Assembly: GCA_036823255.1 (NCBI GenBank)
Contig: DAISGC010000001.1
Span: 18,836-82,835, forward strand
DNA: 64,000 bases
Source: Phycisphaerales bacterium
Lineage (GTDB): Bacteria; Planctomycetota; Phycisphaerae; Phycisphaerales; UBA1924
Direction: 5' to 3'
Program-made: the position numbers and the translations under genes
In this document: positions 1 through 7,733 of the stretch, piece after piece
How positions within the stretch are numbered: the stretch's first letter is position 1
Layout of the letters: each line of letters begins with the position of its first letter
Notes under the pieces: generated by a model
What the model saw: only the letters and a program-made list of their open reading frames with translations
What the model was told of the DNA's origin: nothing
Databases searched by the model: none

Positions 1-724
1 GGAGTTCCAGGAACCGGTCCTGCAGGGCGGGTCCGCCCGGTGTTCGCGACGCCCCGGTGCGCTGCCACGATCCGCACAACGCGGAGATCTCCTCGACGGC
101 GCGATCGAAGTCGACCCGCCCGGCGAGAGCCACCACCGTGTTGTCCGCCGAGTAGCGCCGCTGGAAGTAGTCGCGCATCTGCTCGATCGAGAGATCGGTG
201 ATCGTCTGCTTGGTCCCGAGCACCCGGTGCGCCAGCGGATGCGACGCGTTGGCTCCCGACGGCCCGGCGAAATGCTCCTCCACCACCCGCTCATAGAGGA
301 CCCAGAACGGGTTGTCCTCGTACATCGCGATCTCTTCAAGGATGACGTTCTTCTCGGTGTCGAAGTCCTCCTTCCGCAGCGCGGGCCGGAGCATGTCGGC
401 CAGGATCTCGTTGGCGCCGCCATCGCCGAAGGCATGCTCGGCGAGCACGGTCGCGTGAAAGCACGTCATCTCGCTCGACGTGTACGCGTTGTTCTTGGCC
501 CCGATGCGGTCGAAGTCGCGGTTGATCTGCTCCGCCGAACGCTTCGGCGTGCCCTTGAACATCATGTGCTCGAGGAAGTGGCTCACGCCCATGACCCGGG
601 CGTCCTCGTCCCGTGCGCCGGTCTTCACGAAGTACCCGATCGCCGCCGAGTGCGCCGACGGATCGCACTCGGCGATGATGGTCAGGCCGTTGCCCAGCAC
701 GTGCTTCTTGAAATCGACGTCCAT
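1..724 (-). CDS. M16 (pitrilysin/insulinase) family zinc peptidase, N-terminal part; the gene runs off the left edge
   Basis: Not in the ORF track because it is open to the window edge. My own translation of the minus strand from the ATG at 724-722 gives MDVDFKKHVLGNGLTIIAECDPSAHSAAIGYFVKTGARDEDARVMGVSHFLEHMMFKGTPKRSAEQINRDFDRIGAKNNAYTS... It contains the inverted zinc motif HxxEH (HFLEH) typical of M16. Third-position GC is high. Confidence 0.8.
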   Translation of the reverse strand, partial: MDVDFKKHVLGNGLTIIAECDPSAHSAAIGYFVKTGARDEDARVMGVSHFLEHMMFKGTPKRSAEQINRDFDRIGAKNNAYTSSEMTCFHATVLAEHAFGDGGANEILADMLRPALRKEDFDTEKNVILEEIAMYEDNPFWVLYERVVEEHFAGPSGANASHPLAHRVLGTKQTITDLSIEQMRDYFQRRYSADNTVVALAGRVDFDRAVEEISALCGSWQRTGASRTPGGPALQDRFLEL

Positions 725-971
725 GATGCCGCATCCTACGTCCGAGAATGACCGCACACGCGTCGCCGCGGGCTTCAGCCGGCCGGGTTCAGGCGGGATT
801 CCGCCCGCACAGGCCGCACGCGCCGCGCCCCGGCGCGCTCCACGCCCGGTCGGCGTGGTGCCGGCCGTCGGACGTGTCACACTTGGTCTGCCGGGTCCCG
901 GGCACGGACTCACGCCGGTCTGGACTCAGGACCCCGGTCGACGACTGGACAAACCAAGAACGGAGACGACC

Positions 972-1586
972 ATGACCATCGGCCATCGCACTCGCGGCCA
1001 CGTTCACTCGCTCGGTGTGTTCGAAGCGCTCGAGTCCCGCTCGCTGCTGAGCGGCGATCCGCTTGCCGCAACGCCCGCCGCCGACCCCGCGCCCGCCGTG
1101 CAGATCGCCGATGCCGACTTCCTGAACGCCCAGTCGGATCCCATCGCCCAGCCCGATCACGCGGGGCACGGCTCCGACGCCGACATGTACGATTTCGGCG
1201 GGGTCTGGGGGAGCGGCTCGGGGTCGCACGCCGACAACGCCGTGGGCGAGGTGTTCAGCGATCTGGAGGTCATGGACGGACGCAGCTCGTGGACACGCAC
1301 CCCCGCCGACGTGCTCGCCACGCCCGGCGGCACGCACGAGCAGTCGCTCGCACTCCGCGATCCCTCCGAGGATCACGACCTCCCCGCCGACTTCTCCGGC
1401 GATGCCGGTGCGACCGACGCCGAACTCGCCCAGGATCTGGGCACGATCCTCGTCTCGCCCACGTTCACGCCAGCGACGGCGTCCTCGTCGTTCGTCTGGA
1501 TCGGCGACACCGCTGGCGACGTGGCGGGCATCGACTCGACCACCATCGACTTCGGCGAGGTCGCGATCGAGGCGAGCTTCGTCTGA
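972..1586 (+). CDS. Hypothetical acidic secreted protein with planctomycete-type N-terminal 'LE.R.LLS' motif
   Basis: This is the 3' part of track ORF 480..1586. The 5' part of that ORF is antisense to the M16 gene, so I trimmed to the ATG at 972 (MTIGHRTRGHVHSLGVFEALESRSLLSGDPL...). Third-position GC is high through to the stop. I recognise no catalytic motif. Confidence 0.5.
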   Translation: MTIGHRTRGHVHSLGVFEALESRSLLSGDPLAATPAADPAPAVQIADADFLNAQSDPIAQPDHAGHGSDADMYDFGGVWGSGSGSHADNAVGEVFSDLEVMDGRSSWTRTPADVLATPGGTHEQSLALRDPSEDHDLPADFSGDAGATDAELAQDLGTILVSPTFTPATASSSFVWIGDTAGDVAGIDSTTIDFGEVAIEASFV

Positions 1587-1592
1587 TCGATC

Positions 1593-2672
1593 TCAGCCGA
1601 GGCGGCTGACGATCTCTCTCGCCGCCGCCTCCGGGTCCGCCGCGCCGCACACGGAGCTCGACACGGCCACGCCCCGGCATCCCGCCTCTGCAAGCGTTGC
1701 GACGTTGGCCGCCGAGATTCCGCTGATCGCCAGGTGCGGGATGCGGGCCGTGCGATCATCGGCGAGATACGCCCGCAGATACTCCGGCCCGCTGAGCGCG
1801 GGCTTGGCCTTGGTCGTGCTGGGGAACATCGGCCCGCAGCCGCAATAGTCCGCGCCATCCGCCGCGGCTTGCAGCGCCTGGGTCATGTTCGCCGTCGACA
1901 CCCCGACGATCAGCCCGCGTCCGGCGAGTCGACGGACATCCGCGACGCCTAGATCCTCCTGGCCAAGATGCACCCCGTCGGCCCCGCTGAGCAGCGCGAT
2001 GTCGGGGCGATCGTTCACGATGCACACACCCCCGTGCACGCGGCACACATCCACCAGCGTCCGCGCCCGCCGCAGCAACTCCGCGTCCGAGAGATCCTTC
2101 TCGCGGAGTTGCAGGCACTCGGCTCCGCCTCGCAGGGCCCGTGCCGCTACGTCCGTCCAGGGCCTGCCGGCACACTGGCTCTCGGTGATGAGGACGCACA
2201 ACCGCCACTGGCGGACCCGCCCGTCGGTTGTGCCCATGGTCAGAAGCAGCCGACGTTCCAGTTCGTACACGCGGTATCGAAGAGCTTTGGCCAGTGCCGC
2301 CGGGTCGGTCGGCTCCGATCGGGCGGACGCCGCGTTCACGGCCAGCGTCTTGGCGACCTCCTCGATGACGCGCAGCGCTTCCCCCGCGCGTTTGCCCGCG
2401 GCGATCGCCACATCCAGCAGCCCCACACGCTGCGTCTCCGCGTCGGTCGTCACGCCGGTCCCGACGTCTCCCGGAGTATCACGCCAGGCAGCCAGTTCGA
2501 CGGCGCTCAGCCCAGCGGTCTCCGCGATGCGGCGCAGATCGTGCCGAGCCGCCTTCAGATCCCCCGAGAGCGACCCGCTGGAGAGCACGAACCGTGCCAG
2601 ATCCTCCATCACCCGCAGGGCCTCCCGGGCGCGATTGAGGTTGGCGTCAAGGATGCGTCTGGCGTCTGGCAT
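1593..2672 (-). CDS. thiE: Thiamine-phosphate synthase with N-terminal extension domain
   Basis: The C-terminal half reads LCVLITE...ALRGGAECLQLREKDLS...IVNDRPDIALLSGADGVHLGQEDL...IVGVSTAN...ADYCGCGPMFPSTTK...HLAISGI, which matches the ThiE TIM-barrel motifs. The N-terminus (ILDANLNRAREALRVMEDLARF) resembles the extension seen in long ThiE forms. Confidence 0.85.
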   Translation of the reverse strand: MPDARRILDANLNRAREALRVMEDLARFVLSSGSLSGDLKAARHDLRRIAETAGLSAVELAAWRDTPGDVGTGVTTDAETQRVGLLDVAIAAGKRAGEALRVIEEVAKTLAVNAASARSEPTDPAALAKALRYRVYELERRLLLTMGTTDGRVRQWRLCVLITESQCAGRPWTDVAARALRGGAECLQLREKDLSDAELLRRARTLVDVCRVHGGVCIVNDRPDIALLSGADGVHLGQEDLGVADVRRLAGRGLIVGVSTANMTQALQAAADGADYCGCGPMFPSTTKAKPALSGPEYLRAYLADDRTARIPHLAISGISAANVATLAEAGCRGVAVSSSVCGAADPEAAAREIVSRLG

Positions 2673-2790
2673 GGGTGTCTGGCGGGCCGACCGTTGGCGT
2701 GATTGTTGGCTCCCGGCGGGCGGCCATCATCGGCCCCCGCCCGTCAGGCGATTCTCCACTCCGGATTCCCAAACCCGTTACCATGCGCCC

Positions 2791-4389
2791 ATGTCCGGCA
2801 TCACCACACCCATGAACGGCCAACATCTCGCCGAGCCCTGCGTCGTCGTCATCTTCGGCGCTTCCGGCGATCTCACCCACCGCAAGCTCATCCCCTCGCT
2901 CTACGACCTCTTCCGCGAGCGCGTCCTGCCCGAGGGCTCGTGCGTCGTGGGTGTCTCGCGCACGCCCATGTCCGACGAGGACTTCCGCGCCAAGCTCATG
3001 CCCAGCGTGCAGAAGTTCAGCGCACGCTTCGACCCGGAGACCTGGCAACGCTTCGCGCAGTTCGTGCACTACCAGCCCGGCGATGCCGCACAGATGGTCC
3101 CCGGCGACCCGATCACGTCCCGCATCAACGCCCTTGCCAAGCAGCGCGGCATCCTCAAGCCCAGCGGCTCGCCCAACATCCTCTTCTACCTCTCCGTCTC
3201 GCCCAATCTGTACGAGCCGATCATCGCCGCCATCGGCGGGGCGGGCCTGGTCGCCGAGGGCAAGCGGTGGTGCTCCATCAACCCGCAGGACTCCTCCTGG
3301 CAGCGCATCATCGTCGAGAAGCCCTTCGGGTGGGATCTGCCATCGGCCGCGTCCCTGAACCGCGCCCTGGGGCGGGTCTTTGAGGAGGAGGCGATCTACC
3401 GGATCGATCACTATCTGGGCAAGGAGCTGGTGCAGAACATCGCCGTGCTCCGTTTCGCCAACGCGATCTTCGAGCCGCTCTGGAACCGCACGCACGTCGA
3501 TCACGTGCAGGTCACCGCTGCCGAGACCGTCGGCGTCGGCTCCCGGGCCGCGAACTACTACGACTCCGGCGCCGGCGGCGCGCTCCGCGACATGGTCCAG
3601 TCGCACCTGCTGCAGGTCCTGGCCCTGGTCGCGATGGAGTGCCCGAGCCGCTTCGAGGCCGACGCCATCATGCGGGAGAAGATCAAGCTCTTCAACTCCG
3701 CCATCGTCGCGACCACCGCCGAGGCCGCCCAGCTCGGGGTCTTCGGCCGCTACGACGCCGATCCCAAGACCAAGGAGCCCGCGTACGTCACCGAGCAGGG
3801 CGTCGACCCCGCCCGCAACACCGAGACCTACGCCGCCATCCAGCTCCAGTTCGACAACTGGCGATGGAACGGCGTCCCGTTCTACCTCCGCTCCGGCAAG
3901 AAGATGGCCTCCAAGCTCACCGAAGTCGTCGTCACCTTCAAGAGGCCGCCCACACACGTCTTCCGTGGGCTCGATCTCGACCCCGGCTCCAGACCCAACA
4001 ACCGCATCGTCATCAACATCGCCCCAAGCGAGGGCATCTCCCTCCGCGTGGATGGCAAAGTCCCCGGCGGCGCGCTCGGCGGGTCCGGCGGCTTCAAGAT
4101 CGCCTCCGCCAAGCTCGACATGGACTATCAGAAGACCTTCGGCGGCGAGGCCGTCGAGGCCTACGCCCCCCTCATCTTCGACGCCATCCGTGGCGATCGC
4201 ACCCTCTACAAGCACCGCGACGAGGTCGAGTCCAGTTGGAAGATCTGCCAGCCCTTCCTCGACTCCGCCGCCCTCCGCTCGGGCATCGAGACCTATCCCG
4301 CCGCCTCCTGGGGGCCCCCAGGCGCCGACGCCCTGCTCGCCAGGACCGGCAGGCGCTGGCATAACCCCGCGCCCAACGACGTCCGGTAG
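2791..4389 (+). CDS. zwf: Glucose-6-phosphate 1-dehydrogenase
   Basis: Motifs present: VIFGASGDLTHRKLIPSLY (NADP site), EKPFG, and RIDHYLGKE (active-site signature). The track ORF starts at 1885 but is antisense to thiE until about 2672, so I trimmed to the ATG at 2791 (MSGITTPMNG). Confidence 0.9.
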   Translation: MSGITTPMNGQHLAEPCVVVIFGASGDLTHRKLIPSLYDLFRERVLPEGSCVVGVSRTPMSDEDFRAKLMPSVQKFSARFDPETWQRFAQFVHYQPGDAAQMVPGDPITSRINALAKQRGILKPSGSPNILFYLSVSPNLYEPIIAAIGGAGLVAEGKRWCSINPQDSSWQRIIVEKPFGWDLPSAASLNRALGRVFEEEAIYRIDHYLGKELVQNIAVLRFANAIFEPLWNRTHVDHVQVTAAETVGVGSRAANYYDSGAGGALRDMVQSHLLQVLALVAMECPSRFEADAIMREKIKLFNSAIVATTAEAAQLGVFGRYDADPKTKEPAYVTEQGVDPARNTETYAAIQLQFDNWRWNGVPFYLRSGKKMASKLTEVVVTFKRPPTHVFRGLDLDPGSRPNNRIVINIAPSEGISLRVDGKVPGGALGGSGGFKIASAKLDMDYQKTFGGEAVEAYAPLIFDAIRGDRTLYKHRDEVESSWKICQPFLDSAALRSGIETYPAASWGPPGADALLARTGRRWHNPAPNDVR

Positions 4390-4441
4390 GTCTCTGGGCC
4401 TCGCGGCAGCACCCGCCATTCAGCCCCAGGCCCCCCGAAAT

Positions 4442-4478
4442 GGCCCAGCTCCGGGCCCAGCTCCGGGCCCAGCTTCCG
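4442..4478. repeat. 12-bp microsatellite, 3 copies (GGCCCAGCTCCG x2, then GGCCCAGCTTCCG)
   Basis: Read directly from the sequence in the zwf/dockerin-gene spacer: ggcccagctccg ggcccagctccg ggcccagcttccg. Confidence 0.7.
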
Positions 4479-4680
4479 GCTCGCTCTGGCCCTGTTGGGG
4501 GATCTGCGGCGTCGAGTTGCGGGGGCATTTTGCCGCTTTGCCCAGCTCCTCGGACCTGTTCGACTTGCCGTTCGTATGGGTTTGAGGCACACTTGCCGAT
4601 TGCCGTTCGTGGTTTGATCGAGTCGATACGTCCGGCGTGCTCCTTTCCCGTCCAGTTGCCCGTCGTCGCGGAGTGCTCAG

Positions 4681-6633
4681 ATGCGCATGTTCAACGGTCG
4701 TTGTGCGGGTCGTGGTCTGTCCGTTGCCGCGCTGCTCGTGGGCGCTGCGCTCGGGTCCGCGGTCGCCTCCCCCGACGCTCGTGCCGCTGACGCCGCAAAG
4801 AGTGTCTCCGCGCGCGTCGAGTCCTTCGCCACGCAGCGCATCGTCTACAACCCCACCACACGCACCACCTCGAGCACGATTCGTCCCGTCGGCCCGCGCG
4901 GCCCGGGCGGATGCCCATCCGTGGTCCAGTCCGTGGCCAACTGCTTCGACTCCATCAACGTGGGATCCGAGGTCACCCTGCAGCTCGGCATGGTCGAGGG
5001 CGAGGGATTCGGATCCACCTACGCCATCGCCGACCCAAACCCCGGCACCCCGCAGAACGAGGCCTTCCCCATCGAGGTGCAGGTCGTCGAGTTCTTCGCC
5101 GCCACCCCGGCCACCGGCATCGGGGCCAACGTCGACATGGGCTACACCATCGAGGTTTGGGACGGCGAACCGGGTCAGTCCGGTTCGTCGCTCGTGTTCA
5201 CCGTCACCAGCGCGGATCCGAATGTCGATCCCGGCCTTCCCCCCGACATCTCTCTGCCGCGCGTCACCGGCGTTCAGCCCTGCGATGACCTCACCCTCCT
5301 CCTGGGGGGCGCGCCCAACGCCTCCGCCGTCAAGGTCCAGTTCTCCGTCGATGCGACCGCCGACCCCGTCGACCGCATGATCGTGAACGGCACCAGCGGC
5401 ACGGGGCTGGTGAGCATCGTGGTCAAGATCGATCGGCACAACCAGCCCGGCGCGACCGCCTGCTCCACCGTCAGCTTCTGCAACAACGCCTTCCTCTGCA
5501 CCGAGGGCTCCACCGTCTCGCCCTGCTCCACCGGCACCTCCAACCCCGCCACGCCCACCTTCCTGTCGCGCAACTGGCTCTCGGCCATCGCCTGCGCCGG
5601 CGGGTGCCCCTCCGGCTTCACCCGCTTCAGCAATCTCTCCACCGGCTTTGGCGGTTGCCGACCCAGCCGAGATGTCCTCCAGCAGATCACCACCGTCGCC
5701 AGCGTCTGCGCGGGCGTCTTCCAGGGCGCCTGCTGCGTCGCCTCCACCGGCGGGTGCACGCTCCAGACCACCAGCAACTGCACCGCCGCCGGCGGCACGT
5801 ACCAGGGCGACAACACCGTCTGCTCTCCGAATCCCTGCCCGCAGCCCACCGGAGCCTGCTGCAACACCACCACGGGGGCCTGCACCATCACCACCAGCGC
5901 GTCCTGTGCCGGCGGCTCCTTCCAGGGAAACGGGTCGTCGTGCACCCCAAGCCCCTGCCCCGAGCCCTCGGGGGCCTGCTGCACCGGCACAGGCGGATGC
6001 GCCACCCTTGAGCAGTCCACGTGCATCCAGCTTGCGGGATCCTTCATCCCCGGCGTCGCCTGCACCGTCAATAACACCTGCCCGCTCGGGGCCTGCTGCC
6101 TCCCCAGCGGGGCCTGCGTTGCCAACCTCAGCTCTCCCGCCTGCGTCGCCCAGGGCGGCACCTTCCAGGGCGTCAGTTCGTCCTGCGGCAGCGTCTCCTG
6201 CCCCCAGCCCGTCGGAGCCTGCTGCACCACCACCGGCTCCTGCACGAGCGTGACCCAGGCCGTCTGCCAGCTCTTCGGCGGCACCTGGCAGGGGGCCTTC
6301 AGCGCCTGCTCCGGTGCGTGCGCCCCCACGGCTGGTGTCTGCTGCCGAGGAGCCACCTGCGCTCAGAGCGTCCCCCAGGCAAGTTGCAGCCCCTTGAGTG
6401 GCGTCGGAGTGGTCTTCTCCACCGCCACTTCCTGCGGCACCAGTTCCACCACGCCCTGCTGCTTCGCCGACTTTGACAAACTGGGCGGCATCGACGTCGG
6501 CGACGTCTTTGCCTATCTCAACGCCTGGTTCGCAAACAGCCCCTACGCCAAGTTTGCAGGCGACGGAGTGGCCTCGCCGCAGGTTGGAGATATCTTCTCC
6601 TTCCTGAACGCGTGGTTCGCGGGCGGTTGCTGA
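4681..6633 (+). CDS. Secreted Cys-rich repeat protein with C-terminal dockerin-like duplicated segment ending in Gly-Gly-Cys (GC-type dockerin-anchored class)
   Basis: It has a signal peptide (MRMFNGRCAGRGLSVAALLVGAALGSAVASPDARA). There are six repeats of about 37-42 aa of the form GACC-x(4-6)-C-x(7-9)-C-x(8-12)-C-x(4-5)-C at 5725-6456. The C-terminus is PCCFADFDKLGGIDVGDVFAYLNAWFA...VGDIFSFLNAWFAGGC*. A GGAG lies 9 nt upstream of the ATG. The 753-aa ORF on the opposite strand (4420..6681) is Gly/Ala/Arg-rich low-complexity sequence and I rejected it. Confidence 0.8.
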   Translation: MRMFNGRCAGRGLSVAALLVGAALGSAVASPDARAADAAKSVSARVESFATQRIVYNPTTRTTSSTIRPVGPRGPGGCPSVVQSVANCFDSINVGSEVTLQLGMVEGEGFGSTYAIADPNPGTPQNEAFPIEVQVVEFFAATPATGIGANVDMGYTIEVWDGEPGQSGSSLVFTVTSADPNVDPGLPPDISLPRVTGVQPCDDLTLLLGGAPNASAVKVQFSVDATADPVDRMIVNGTSGTGLVSIVVKIDRHNQPGATACSTVSFCNNAFLCTEGSTVSPCSTGTSNPATPTFLSRNWLSAIACAGGCPSGFTRFSNLSTGFGGCRPSRDVLQQITTVASVCAGVFQGACCVASTGGCTLQTTSNCTAAGGTYQGDNTVCSPNPCPQPTGACCNTTTGACTITTSASCAGGSFQGNGSSCTPSPCPEPSGACCTGTGGCATLEQSTCIQLAGSFIPGVACTVNNTCPLGACCLPSGACVANLSSPACVAQGGTFQGVSSSCGSVSCPQPVGACCTTTGSCTSVTQAVCQLFGGTWQGAFSACSGACAPTAGVCCRGATCAQSVPQASCSPLSGVGVVFSTATSCGTSSTTPCCFADFDKLGGIDVGDVFAYLNAWFANSPYAKFAGDGVASPQVGDIFSFLNAWFAGGC

Positions 6634-6707
6634 TCCGGTCTGTCCTGATGTGCGTGAGGACTCGTGGACCTCATGCGCCAAGGTCCGCCGACCAGCAGAC
6701 GCACCGC

Positions 6708-7700
6708 ATGGTCGCCAAGATGCGGTCTCTGCTTCGATTCGTCCTGGTTCTCGGACCGCTGGTCCTGATGGCGGCCCGCTGTCCCGCGCAGTCCGGGGCC
6801 TGCTGCGGCCCGGCCGGCATCTGCACCCTGAGTTCCCAGGCCGCCTGCATCGGCGCGTTCCTCGGCAAGGGCACCACGTGCACTCCGAACGCGTGCGATC
6901 CCGTCACCGGCGCATGCTGCAATCCCAGCGGGGCATGCACCATCTCCACCCTGGCGCTCTGCAAGGCCGCCGACGGCGTCTATTTCGGGGACGGTTCTCT
7001 GTGCTCGGACGTGGCCTGCGTACAGCCCACCGGCGCGTGCTGCAACGCCGGCAGCCATCAGTGCCTGAACCTCGACCAGGGCGACTGTCTCTCTCTTGGT
7101 GGCACGTTCTACAAGGCCGTGGCCTGCACCGCCGTCGGCTCCTGCCCGCTTGGGGCCTGCTGCCTGCCCGAGGGTGTCTGCACCGCCGGCATCACCGAGC
7201 CGGGGTGCATCGCCTGGCGCGGCACGTTCCGAGGCGTCGGAACCACCTGCGTTGGCGTTTCCTGCCCCATGCCTCTCGGCGCCTGCTGTTCGGTGACCGG
7301 CGCGTGCTCGCTGTTGCCCGCGAACATCTGCACGCTCTTTGGTCAGTGGCGCGGTCCGGGCACGCTCTGCCCCGCCGCCTGTCTCCCGCCCGGGGTCTGC
7401 TGCCGAGGGAGCACCTGCGCCACGGGCGTGGCCGCGACCGACTGCGTCCCCCAGGGGGCGGCCGGGGCCGTGTTCATCTCCGGCACGCAGGCCTGCAACA
7501 TCTCCGGGTCGCGGTCTTCGCCGTGCTGCCTCGCCGACTTCAACAAGCTTGACGGGATCGACATCCAGGACATCTTCGACTTCCTGAACGCCTGGTTTGC
7601 CCAGAACTCGCTGGCCAACTTTGGCGGCCAGCCCGGCGCAGCCCTGACCATCCAGAACATCTTCGACTTCCTGAACGCCTGGTTCGTCGGCGGATGCTGA
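6708..7700 (+). CDS. Secreted Cys-rich repeat protein, tandem paralog of the preceding gene, GC-terminal dockerin-like anchor
   Basis: It has a signal peptide (MVAKMRSLLRFVLVLGPLVLMAARCPAQS). Six colinear GACC-type repeats lie at 6795-7523. The C-terminus is PCCLADFNKLDGIDIQDIFDFLNAWFA...IQNIFDFLNAWFVGGC*. The start was trimmed from 6612 because that ORF overlaps the upstream stop; an alternative ATG lies at 6720. Confidence 0.8.
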   Translation: MVAKMRSLLRFVLVLGPLVLMAARCPAQSGACCGPAGICTLSSQAACIGAFLGKGTTCTPNACDPVTGACCNPSGACTISTLALCKAADGVYFGDGSLCSDVACVQPTGACCNAGSHQCLNLDQGDCLSLGGTFYKAVACTAVGSCPLGACCLPEGVCTAGITEPGCIAWRGTFRGVGTTCVGVSCPMPLGACCSVTGACSLLPANICTLFGQWRGPGTLCPAACLPPGVCCRGSTCATGVAATDCVPQGAAGAVFISGTQACNISGSRSSPCCLADFNKLDGIDIQDIFDFLNAWFAQNSLANFGGQPGAALTIQNIFDFLNAWFVGGC

Positions 7701-7733
7701 TCGCCGCCGACGCGCCGCTCGGCCCCGCCTGCG

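Noticed and set aside
480-971. 5' part of track ORF 480..1586.
   Set aside because: It overlaps, in antisense, the M16 peptidase gene that I translated from the minus strand (start at 724). The plausible coding part begins at the ATG at 972, after the divergent spacer.
2673-2790. Expected TPP riboswitch upstream of thiE.
   Set aside because: There is no CUGAGA/ACCUGAUCUGGAUAAUGCCAGCG-type core on the minus strand of the 118-nt thiE/zwf divergent spacer. An Rfam RF00059 scan would confirm this.
4420-6681. 753-aa minus-strand ORF opposite the first dockerin-type gene.
   Set aside because: It is Gly/Ala/Arg/Asp low-complexity sequence with no motifs. The + strand frame has a signal peptide, an ordered Cys-repeat architecture, a conserved C-terminal module shared with two other genes, and a Shine-Dalgarno sequence. 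It is a typical high-GC antisense shadow.
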